Positions 25,209 through 32,000 of a stretch of DNA of 32,000 nucleotides are shown here, in pieces. The position numbers were made by a program, and so were the translations under genes. The notes under the pieces are model-generated. The model ran no database searches, had not been told where the DNA came from, and saw only the letters and a program-made list of their open reading frames with translations. Source of the DNA: an uncultured Erysipelotrichaceae bacterium (GTDB lineage: Bacteria > Bacillota_I > Bacilli_A > Erysipelotrichales > Erysipelotrichaceae); contig CAYNZZ010000008.1 in NCBI GenBank assembly GCA_964401865.1, forward strand, positions 30,001 to 62,000, given 5' to 3'. Positions within the stretch are counted from its first letter, which is position 1, and each line of letters starts with the position of its first letter.

Positions 25209-25748
25209 CTACTTCGCAAAAGGCATACCTAAGCCCTTTAATAGAGCAAATGCCTCTTTGTTATTTTTGGCAGTAGTTACGATAACAATATCCATACCAC
25301 GTACTTTGTTTACCTTGTCATATTGGATTTCAGGGAAAATAATTTGTTCTTTAATACCTAAAGTATAATTACCTCTACCATCAAATGCTGTCTTTGATGT
25401 ACCATGGAAATCTCTAACACGAGGTAAAGAGATAGAAACGAGTTTATCGAAGAAGTCATACATCTTCTCGCCTCTTAAAGTTACTTTACAACCAATAGCC
25501 ATACCTTCTCTTAATTTGAAGTTAGCGATTGATTTCTTAGCTTTTGTTACAACTGGCTTTTGACCAGCAATAGCAGTAAGCTCATTTACAGCGTCATCTA
25601 GAGCCTTTGGATTAGCAATAGCTTCACCAACACCAAAGTTGATAACGATTTTTTCAAGTTTAGGACATTCCATTACTGAAGAATAGTTAAATTCTTTCAT
25701 CAAATTGCCCTTAACTTCATTAAGATATTTTTCTTGTAGGCGGTTCAT
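25209..25748 (-). CDS. rplE: 50S ribosomal protein L5
   Basis: 179 aa. [12 protein letters not shown]...NPKALDDAV. Confidence 0.97.
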   Translation of the reverse strand: MNRLQEKYLNEVKGNLMKEFNYSSVMECPKLEKIVINFGVGEAIANPKALDDAVNELTAIAGQKPVVTKAKKSIANFKLREGMAIGCKVTLRGEKMYDFFDKLVSISLPRVRDFHGTSKTAFDGRGNYTLGIKEQIIFPEIQYDKVNKVRGMDIVIVTTAKNNKEAFALLKGLGMPFAK

Positions 25749-26068
25749 TATTTTTTACCCCCTTTAACTACAGTGCCAGATTTCTTGTAATAACGAACTT
25801 TAGCACCTTTTTCTTCTTTGTAACCAATTCTAGAAGCTGTTTTAGCTTTTGAATCATAAGCCATTACATTAGATACATGAATAGGCATTTCTTTTTCGAT
25901 GATGCCACCATCTGGATTAGCTTGAGTAGGTTTTAATGCTTTCTTAGCGATATTTACACCTTCAACAACTACTTTATCCTTGCTAGGTAAAACGGCGATA
26001 ACTTCACCAATTGTACCCTTATCGTGACCTGTAATGACTTTGACTTTATCACCTTTTTTAATTTTCAT
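25748..26068 (-). CDS. rplX: 50S ribosomal protein L24
   Basis: 106 aa. [18 protein letters not shown] (KOW motif). Confidence 0.97.
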   Translation of the reverse strand: MKIKKGDKVKVITGHDKGTIGEVIAVLPSKDKVVVEGVNIAKKALKPTQANPDGGIIEKEMPIHVSNVMAYDSKAKTASRIGYKEEKGAKVRYYKKSGTVVKGGKK

Positions 26069-26079
26069 CAGTCATCCTC

Positions 26080-26448
26080 CTATAACACTTCAGGAGCTAA
26101 AGACACAATCTTCATGAAGTCTTTATCTCTTAGTTCTCTAGCCACAGGACCGAAAATACGAGTTCCTTTTGGCGTATTGTCATCTTTGATAATAACGGCT
26201 GCATTATCATCAAATTTGATAAATGAACCATTATCTCTAGAAATACCATATTTAGTACGAACGATTACAGCCTTAACTACATCGCCCTTTTTAACTGATC
26301 CGCCTGGAGCAGCTTCTTTAACTGTACATACAATGATATCACCGATATTAGCAGATTTTCTTCTTGAACCACCTAAGCAACGAATAACTAATAATTCTTT
26401 AGCACCGGTGTTATCAGCGACTTTTAATCGAGTTTCATTTTGAATCAT
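26080..26448 (-). CDS. rplN: 50S ribosomal protein L14
   Basis: 122 aa. [18 protein letters not shown]. Confidence 0.98.
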   Translation of the reverse strand: MIQNETRLKVADNTGAKELLVIRCLGGSRRKSANIGDIIVCTVKEAAPGGSVKKGDVVKAVIVRTKYGISRDNGSFIKFDDNAAVIIKDDNTPKGTRIFGPVARELRDKDFMKIVSLAPEVL

Positions 26449-26458
26449 AACTTACCTC

Positions 26459-26722
26459 CTAAAGAATAATTGCCTTTTCAACAATCTTAGTTAAGCGGAA
26501 ATGCTTGTCTTTGCTCAATGGACGAGTTTCCATAATTTCTACGATATCGCCAATCTTAGCTTCATTGTTTTCATCATGAGCTTTAAAACGACGAGAGAAA
26601 TTTACTCTTTTTCCATAAAGGGGATGAGATCTCTTAGTTGCGATTTCAACAACGATAGTCTTATCCATTTTGTCAGATACTACTTTTCCGCGTAATACAC
26701 GTCTTTTATTTGTTCTTTCCAT
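26459..26722 (-). CDS. rpsQ: 30S ribosomal protein S17
   Basis: 87 aa. [20 protein letters not shown]. Confidence 0.97.
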   Translation of the reverse strand: MERTNKRRVLRGKVVSDKMDKTIVVEIATKRSHPLYGKRVNFSRRFKAHDENNEAKIGDIVEIMETRPLSKDKHFRLTKIVEKAIIL

Positions 26723-26725
26723 CGC

Positions 26726-26929
26726 CTATCCCTCCTTTACTTCCATTTCTCTTTCTTTTAATACCGTTTTGATACGAGCGATTGTCTTTCTCAATTCACG
26801 AATGCGCATTGGATTGTCAATTGAACCTGTTGCTTTTTGAAAGCGAAGATCGAATAGTTCAGTTTTGCATTCATCAATAGCTTTAATCAACTCTTCGTTT
26901 GATTTATCTCTAATTTCTTTTACGTTCAT
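26726..26929 (-). CDS. rpmC: 50S ribosomal protein L29
   Basis: 67 aa. ELFDLRFQKATGSIDNPMRIRELRKTIARIKT. Confidence 0.96.
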   Translation of the reverse strand: MNVKEIRDKSNEELIKAIDECKTELFDLRFQKATGSIDNPMRIRELRKTIARIKTVLKEREMEVKEG

Positions 26930-26931
26930 TC

Positions 26932-27342
26932 CTATTCACCTTTCTTTACAAATTTACACTTAACAGGTAACTTGTGCGATGCTAAACGGAAAGCTTCACG
27001 AGCAACTTCTTCAGAAACGCCAGCAATTTCAAACATTACACGACCTTTTTGAACAACTGCTACCCAACCTTCAGGAGCACCTTTACCAGATCCCATACGA
27101 ACTTCAAGTGGTTTTTTAGTGATAGCTAAGTGAGGGAAAATTTTAATCCAAACTTGACCACCACGATTCATATAACGAGTCATTGCAACACGGGCTGCTT
27201 CGATTTGACGATTTGAGATATATGAACCAGTCATTGCAACTAATCCATATTCACCAAATGTAACTTCAGTACCAGCCTTAGATTTTCCTTCATAACTTAA
27301 ACGGTGAGGACGACGATACTTAGTTCTATTAGGCATTAACAT
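26932..27342 (-). CDS. rplP: 50S ribosomal protein L16
   Basis: 136 aa. [14 protein letters not shown]. Confidence 0.97.
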   Translation of the reverse strand: MLMPNRTKYRRPHRLSYEGKSKAGTEVTFGEYGLVAMTGSYISNRQIEAARVAMTRYMNRGGQVWIKIFPHLAITKKPLEVRMGSGKGAPEGWVAVVQKGRVMFEIAGVSEEVAREAFRLASHKLPVKCKFVKKGE

Positions 27343-27344
27343 AA

Positions 27345-28124
27345 CTAATTACCTCCTTTTTCACTAGCTTCTTCAGTGCTTTGAACAACTGTTTCAGCTT
27401 TATCTTCACGTTTAGGACGTCTGTCATTATTACGACGACGGTTGTTTGGACGAGAACCTTGTGTCTTTGGTCTTTCTGGTTCTTGAACCATTTCACCAGG
27501 TAGTACTTCACCACGACAGATCCATACCTTAACACCTAGTTTACCGTATGTAGTCATTGCTTCTTCCCAAGCGTAGTCAATATCAGAGCGAAGTGTATGT
27601 AGAGGAACAATACCTTCAGAATAACCTTCAGCACGAGCGATATCAGCACCACCTAGACGACCAGAAACAGATGTCTTAATACCCTTTGCACCGGCACGCA
27701 TAGTTTGTTGGATCGCTTTCTTTTGAGTTGTGCGGAAAGATTGTCTTTCTTCCAACATCTTAGCGATCTTCATAGCTACTAAGCGAGCGTCTAAATCAGG
27801 ATTAGCAACTTCAACAATATTTATCTCAATTTGCTTACCATTTGTTAGTTTTTCTAATTTTTTCTTAATGTTTTCAACCTTAGCACCATCAGCACCTACG
27901 AACATACCAGGTCTAGCAGTTCTGATGATGATGTTAACACGGTTTTTACTTCTTTCGATTTCGATACGAGAAACCATGCAATCTTTGCTTTCTTTTTCGA
28001 TAAGCTCACGAATCTTAACGTCTTCAATCAATAGTGTTCCGTATTCTTTTTCAGCATACCAACGAGATTGCCAATCACGGATAACACCGATTCTTAAACC
28101 GACTGGATTAACTTTTTGACCCAT
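27345..28124 (-). CDS. rpsC: 30S ribosomal protein S3 with an extended basic/acidic C-terminal tail
   Basis: 259 aa. [25 protein letters not shown] 49 aa low-complexity tail follows RGEVLPG. Confidence 0.97.
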   Translation of the reverse strand: MGQKVNPVGLRIGVIRDWQSRWYAEKEYGTLLIEDVKIRELIEKESKDCMVSRIEIERSKNRVNIIIRTARPGMFVGADGAKVENIKKKLEKLTNGKQIEINIVEVANPDLDARLVAMKIAKMLEERQSFRTTQKKAIQQTMRAGAKGIKTSVSGRLGGADIARAEGYSEGIVPLHTLRSDIDYAWEEAMTTYGKLGVKVWICRGEVLPGEMVQEPERPKTQGSRPNNRRRNNDRRPKREDKAETVVQSTEEASEKGGN

Positions 28125-28133
28125 AGTTCCCTC

Positions 28134-28475
28134 CTATCTTTCATCAACCACAACAGTAATGTGGCTTGTTCTTTTTAAAATTCTATGTGCACGACCCTTT
28201 GAAGCAGCACGGAAGCGTTTCATAGTCATACCTTCATTAGCATAACATGCCTTAACAAATAACTTTTCTTCATTCATTTGGTTATTATGTGTAGCATTTG
28301 CCATCGCTGATTTTAATACTTTGCTAATCACTTCAGCAGAGTGATTTGGCGTATATTTCAATATAGCCATCGCTTCTTTTGCGTCCTTACCACGGATAAG
28401 GTCTAATACTAGACGAACCTTACGAGGAGCGATACGGACAGATTTAGCTGTTGATTTTACTTCCATCTTTGCCAC
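28134..28475 (-). CDS. rplV: 50S ribosomal protein L22
   Basis: 113 aa. [18 protein letters not shown]. Confidence 0.97.
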   Translation of the reverse strand: MAKMEVKSTAKSVRIAPRKVRLVLDLIRGKDAKEAMAILKYTPNHSAEVISKVLKSAMANATHNNQMNEEKLFVKACYANEGMTMKRFRAASKGRAHRILKRTSHITVVVDER

Positions 28476-28477
28476 CC

Positions 28478-28747
28478 TTAAGCTTTCTTGTCACTACCGT
28501 GACCACCATATTTACGAGTTGGCACGAATTCACCTAATTTATGACCAACCATATCTTCTGTTACATATACAGGAACATGTTCCTTACCATTGTAAACAGC
28601 GAATGTGTGTTCAACGAAATCTGGGAAAATTGTTGAACGACGAGACCAAGTCTTAATAACTTCTTTTTTACCTGATTCATTTAGCGCTACAACTTTTTTC
28701 ATTAAATGTTCATCGCAAAATGGACCTTTTTTCAAACTACGACTCAT
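28478..28747 (-). CDS. rpsS: 30S ribosomal protein S19
   Basis: 89 aa. [19 protein letters not shown]. Confidence 0.98.
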   Translation of the reverse strand: MSRSLKKGPFCDEHLMKKVVALNESGKKEVIKTWSRRSTIFPDFVEHTFAVYNGKEHVPVYVTEDMVGHKLGEFVPTRKYGGHGSDKKA

Positions 28748-28771
28748 TTCAAATTACTTCCTTTCTTTCGT

Positions 28772-29605
28772 TTATTTACCATTTCTTCTTCTTACGATTA
28801 GAGCGTTAGAAGCCTTTTTAGTCTTACGAGTCTTAACACCCATAGCTTTCTTGCCCCAAGGTGTCATAGGAGACTTACGACCGATAGGTGTACGACCTTC
28901 ACCACCACCATGAGGGTGATCACAAGGGTTCATAACAGAACCTCTAACAGTTGGACGAATACCCATCCATCTAGAACGTCCAGCTTTACCTAAGTTGATT
29001 AAGCTGTAGTCTTCATTACCTACGCTACCGATAGTAGCACGGCAAACACCTAAGACTTTTCTAACTTCACCACTTGCAAGACGAATAGTTACATATTTTT
29101 CTTCAATACCTAAGATTTGAGCGCTAACACCAGCTGCTCTTGCAAGCTGTCCGCCTTTGCCAGGTTTCAATTCAATGTTATGAATGATTGTACCTTCAGG
29201 CATGTTACGCATTTGTAATGAATTACCTACTTTGATATCGCAAGTTTCACCAGAGATAACTTGAGTTCCAACTTCTAATCCTTTTGGAGCTAAGATATAT
29301 CTCTTTTCACCATCTACATAATGAAGTAGAGCGATATTAGCGTTACGATTTGGATCGTATTCAATAGCTGCTACATTTGCAGGAATACCGTCTTTATTAC
29401 GCTTGAAGTCGATAATACGATATAGTTGTTTATGTCCGCCACCATGATGACGAGTTGTAATACGTCCTGTATTGTTACGACCGCCAGACTTTGAGAAAGA
29501 CACAGTCAAACTCTTTTCAGGAGTTTTCTTTGTAATTTCTTCGAATGTAAGGCCTGTCATACCTCTTCTACCAGGAGTAGTTGGCTTGTACTTTTTAATA
29601 GCCAT
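28772..29605 (-). CDS. rplB: 50S ribosomal protein L2
   Basis: 277 aa. [17 protein letters not shown]...HPHGGGEG. Confidence 0.98.
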   Translation of the reverse strand: MAIKKYKPTTPGRRGMTGLTFEEITKKTPEKSLTVSFSKSGGRNNTGRITTRHHGGGHKQLYRIIDFKRNKDGIPANVAAIEYDPNRNANIALLHYVDGEKRYILAPKGLEVGTQVISGETCDIKVGNSLQMRNMPEGTIIHNIELKPGKGGQLARAAGVSAQILGIEEKYVTIRLASGEVRKVLGVCRATIGSVGNEDYSLINLGKAGRSRWMGIRPTVRGSVMNPCDHPHGGGEGRTPIGRKSPMTPWGKKAMGVKTRKTKKASNALIVRRRNGK

Positions 29606-29669
29606 TTTAAATATCCTCCTTATGCATTTTATCCGGAAATAGCATTTATCTTCCGATAATAATTAGCGA

Positions 29670-29960
29670 TTATTTATCGCCTAGAATGTCAATCTTATGA
29701 CCTTCTTTTAATGTGACATATGCTTTCTTATAAGCATGTGTCTTACCAACATAACGTCCAACTCTCTTTGTTTTTGACTTAGTGTTGGCAGTGTTGATAC
29801 TTAAAACTTTTACACCGAAGATTTCTTCAACGGCTTGCTTAATTTGAATTTTATTTGCCTCTTTTGCAACTTCAAAGACTACAGTATTGTTTGTGTCTTG
29901 GCTTTTTAATGTCTTTTCAGTTACGATTGGACGAATGATAATATCTCTTGCATTACTCAT
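29670..29960 (-). CDS. rplW: 50S ribosomal protein L23
   Basis: 96 aa. IIRPIVTEKT...VVFEV. Overlaps the rplD end by 8 nt. Confidence 0.96.
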   Translation of the reverse strand: MSNARDIIIRPIVTEKTLKSQDTNNTVVFEVAKEANKIQIKQAVEEIFGVKVLSINTANTKSKTKRVGRYVGKTHAYKKAYVTLKEGHKIDILGDK

Positions 29961-30588
29961 TGCCTAAAGCCTCCTCAACTTTTTTAGCTGCTGCCTTTGT
30001 CATTACTAACTTACCAGCATTTTGAAGATCATAAATTGTCAGACCTTCAGCAGTAGTCATATATGCATTAGGAAGATTTCTTAATGATAGATATGCATTG
30101 TCGAAGTCTTCTTCAATATCTACTACAAATAACACTTTTCTTTCAATCTTGAATGCATCTAATACTTTGATGAAATCTTTAGTTTTAGGAGCATCCATAA
30201 CGATTGAATCGATAACGATTAAGTTTTCGCTTTGTGCCTTTAAAGATAAACCAGAGCGTAGAGCTAAACGACGAACTTTACGATTGATTTTGAAAGTGTG
30301 GCTTCTTGGTGTAGGTCCGAATGCGATTCCGCCGCCTCTGAATTGAGTAGCTCTAATAGAACCTTGACGTGCATTACCTGTACCTTTTTGACCATAAGGT
30401 TTTTTACCACCACCAGATACTTCACGACGATTTTTAACATCATGAGTACCTTGACGCCAAGATGATTGTTGACGCAAGATTGCATCAAAGATTGCTTGAC
30501 TGTTAGCTTCAATATTGAAGACGCTCTCTGCTAATTCGATATCGCCAACTTTTTGTGCAGTTAAATCATATACATCAAACTTAGCCAT
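29953..30588 (-). CDS. rplD: 50S ribosomal protein L4
   Basis: 211 aa. GGGKKPYGQKGTGNARQGSIRATQFRGGG. Confidence 0.97.
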   Translation of the reverse strand: MAKFDVYDLTAQKVGDIELAESVFNIEANSQAIFDAILRQQSSWRQGTHDVKNRREVSGGGKKPYGQKGTGNARQGSIRATQFRGGGIAFGPTPRSHTFKINRKVRRLALRSGLSLKAQSENLIVIDSIVMDAPKTKDFIKVLDAFKIERKVLFVVDIEEDFDNAYLSLRNLPNAYMTTAEGLTIYDLQNAGKLVMTKAAAKKVEEALGNE

Positions 30589-30591
30589 TTA

Positions 30592-31266
30592 TTACGCCTC
30601 CTTTTCATTTAATAGAACTTTTGGTTCTACGTGTTTAACACGTTTTGTAGTTGTCTTAACGATTACAAGACCTCTCTTTGGTCCTGGAACGTTACCTTTG
30701 ATAAGCATATAGTTTTTCTCAGCATCTACTTTGATAACTTCTAGGTTTTGGTTAGTTGTGCGATATACACCTTCATGACCAGCCATCGCAGTACCTTTTT
30801 CAATGCGTCCGTTATTACGTCCTGTAGTAGCCAAAGAACCGATATGACGGATATTCTTTGAACCACCATGAGAACGAGGTCCAGTAGTTGCATTGTTACG
30901 TACGATAGTACCCATGTAACCTTTACCTTTTGAGATACCAGTAACATCTACGATGTCACCAGCGGAAAAGATATCAACTTTAACTTCTTGTCCAACTTCT
31001 ACTTCCATTTCATCAGCACTTACTTCACGTAAGAAGCGTTTTGGATTAGTGTTGGCTTTTTTAGCATGACCGATTAAAGCTTTGTTAGAACGTGATTCTT
31101 TAATGTCTTCTAAGCCTAATTGGATTGCTTCGTAGCCGTCATTTTCAGCTACTTTCTTTTGCATAACTACATTTGGTTCACATTCAACAACAGTAACCGG
31201 AATTAGTTTGCCGTCTTCTGTGAAAACTTGAGTCATGCCAAGTTTTCTTCCAAGTATTCCTTTCAT
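30592..31266 (-). CDS. rplC: 50S ribosomal protein L3
   Basis: 224 aa. [26 protein letters not shown]. Confidence 0.98.
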   Translation of the reverse strand: MKGILGRKLGMTQVFTEDGKLIPVTVVECEPNVVMQKKVAENDGYEAIQLGLEDIKESRSNKALIGHAKKANTNPKRFLREVSADEMEVEVGQEVKVDIFSAGDIVDVTGISKGKGYMGTIVRNNATTGPRSHGGSKNIRHIGSLATTGRNNGRIEKGTAMAGHEGVYRTTNQNLEVIKVDAEKNYMLIKGNVPGPKRGLVIVKTTTKRVKHVEPKVLLNEKEA

Positions 31267-31283
31267 GATGTCACCTTTCTATC

Positions 31284-31595
31284 TTATAACTTGATTTCGA
31301 TATCAACGCCACTAGGTAGTTCTAGACGAGACAAAGCATCAATAGTCTTAGCACTTGGGCCGATGATTTCGATTAAACGCTTGTGCGTTCTTACCTCAAA
31401 CTGTTCACGTGAATACTTATATTTATGTGTTGCACGAATAACAGTGATGATTTGCTTCTCTGTTGGAAGCGGAATAGGTCCAATGACCTTTTTAACTCCA
31501 CCATCTTCAGCAGCTTTAACAATCTTTTCAGTTGCAGCATCTAAAGAACGATGTTCGTAAGCTTTTAATTTGATTCTTACGTTGTTTTTTGCCAT
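31284..31595 (-). CDS. rpsJ: 30S ribosomal protein S10
   Basis: [33 protein letters not shown] lies 8 nt upstream of ATG 31595. The track ORF's extra 20 N-terminal residues are leader sequence. Confidence 0.96.
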   Translation of the reverse strand: MAKNNVRIKLKAYEHRSLDAATEKIVKAAEDGGVKKVIGPIPLPTEKQIITVIRATHKYKYSREQFEVRTHKRLIEIIGPSAKTIDALSRLELPSGVDIEIKL

Positions 31596-31727
31596 GAAAT
31601 CTTCCTCCTTCATTTCATCATCAAGGCTGATAAACACCTTGAATACTCGCTCCATGTGAATTCCCTGGTTATCACGCAGTTACACAGGTTCCCGCGTGCC
31701 AGCAACCTCCCATATCTTCGCAAGCGC
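31596..31727 (-). promoter_or_regulatory. Structured 5' leader of the S10 operon, about 130 nt (candidate r-protein autoregulatory RNA)
   Basis: Lies between the TTGCAT-17-TATAAT promoter and rpsJ. 43 of 80 nt in 31641-31720 are G/C by my count. Hairpins: CTGGCACGC...GCGTGataaCCAG, and TCAAGG-N10-CCTTGA just before the SD. Confidence 0.5.
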
Positions 31728-31733
31728 TCTAAC

Positions 31734-31762
31734 ATTATACTAATTGAACAAGTCCAATGCAA
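31734..31762 (-). promoter_or_regulatory. Near-consensus sigma-A promoter of the S10 operon
   Basis: Minus strand TTGCAT (31762-31757), 17 nt spacer, TATAAT (31739-31734). Confidence 0.7.
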
Positions 31763-31852
31763 GAAAAATTAAAAGAAAATGTCTAAAAAATCCCTATTTA
31801 TCGTCAAAAAAACATATGCATAGAACCACTCTAACCCGCGTTTCATAACAAT

Positions 31853-31890
31853 AATAATAAAAAAGTACCAATTATAGCTAATTAGTACCT
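31853..31890 (-). terminator. Intrinsic terminator of the upstream gene
   Basis: Minus strand AGGTACTAATTA-gcta-TAATTGGTACTT (one G-U pair) followed by TTTTTATTATTATT. Overlaps the stop codon at 31882-31884. Confidence 0.6.
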
Positions 31891-32000
31891 AATTTTCTTA
31901 AGATATAAGCCATTTGGATCGATGTTAAAACGACGATTTGATTTGTTTGGATTGGCAATCATATTCTTAATATCATCAATGGTTTTCTTGTGTCTGGCTA
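31882..32000 (-). CDS. 3' end of an unidentified protein-coding gene (5' part outside window)
   Basis: Frame is open from the window edge. Hand translation gives ARHKKTIDDIKNMIANPNKSNRRFNIDPNGLYLKKIRY, then TAA. I recognise no family. It is not the EF-Tu C-terminus often found upstream of rpsJ. Confidence 0.4.
   Translation of the reverse strand, partial: ARHKKTIDDIKNMIANPNKSNRRFNIDPNGLYLKKIRY

Noticed and set aside
26024-26443. 139 aa plus-strand ORF antisense to rplN, plus the other antisense ORFs in the track (1059-1292, 1533-1901, 3428-3646, 5467-5769, 7232-7483, 7757-7969, 8891-9106, 11245-11469, 11584-11766, 13329-13532, 14333-14524, 16577-16825, 17694-18014, 19147-19383, 19568-19753, 21002-21184, 21470-21706, 24065-24256, 26501-26695, 27730-28119, 28605-28913, 30098-30346, 30515-30712, 31228-31560)
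   Set aside because: These are shadow ORFs opposite clearly identified, highly conserved genes. Their sequences are low-complexity Ser/Leu/Phe/Ile-rich, as expected from the reverse complement of AT-rich coding DNA. None has an RBS or promoter.
27329-27535. Same-strand alternative-frame ORFs inside rpsC (27329-27535), rplD (30264-30512), rplC (30741-30947) and the M23 gene end (11412-11594), plus a 71 aa minus-strand ORF (15336-15551) antisense to darA
   Set aside because: They are embedded out of frame in well-supported genes or lie opposite one. They have odd Val/Lys/Leu-rich composition and no translation signals. I treat them as chance open frames.
31596-31655. 20-codon N-terminal extension of S10 ([20 protein letters not shown]) given by the longest ORF
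   Set aside because: S10 orthologues start at MAK..., and a perfect AAGGAGG lies 8 nt before ATG 31595 inside the supposed extension. The stretch is better explained as leader RNA.

Overview
AT-rich Bacillota-type chromosomal segment, roughly one third G+C by eye. It uses the standard genetic code: TGA ends ftsX and Trp is TGG, so this is not code 4. Almost every gene is on the minus strand.

Layout:
- Right 14.5 kb (17.4-31.8 kb): a complete S10-spc-alpha ribosomal superoperon, rpsJ to rplQ, including secY-adk-map-infA-rpmJ-rpsM-rpsK-rpoA. It has a strong promoter and a structured leader upstream and a clean terminator downstream. rpmD (L30) is missing from its usual slot.
- Middle: an ABC-2 exporter pair and a divergent darA/yitT pair. 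These are followed by the chain ftsE-ftsX-M23 peptidase-S41 (Ctp) protease-uvrB-membrane protein-nudF, then queT, a small Phd/YefM-like ORF, and tmk-holB-ricT(yaaT)-rsmI.
- Left end: an EcsC-family gene with a G10 tract in its promoter/RBS, a free-standing tRNA-Ile/tRNA-Ala operon, and the 3' end of a GNAT gene.

I saw no mobile elements, CRISPR array, prophage or defence island, and I cannot support a novel multi-gene system here.

Best leads, all small-scale:
1. The G10 tract controlling the EF-hand/EcsC gene.
2. A multi-TM protein coupled to uvrB, whose C-terminal domain has a His...Cys (QNC) arrangement resembling permuted papain-like hydrolases.
3. The darA/yitT divergent pair, which shares a PII-like module.
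4. The 11-mer AATGGTATAAT, present three times. Two copies have -10/N6/ATG leaderless geometry. The third, inside nudF, precedes a hairpin-SD leader of queT that lacks a canonical preQ1 riboswitch.
5. A leader upstream of rpsJ that is G+C-rich for this window.
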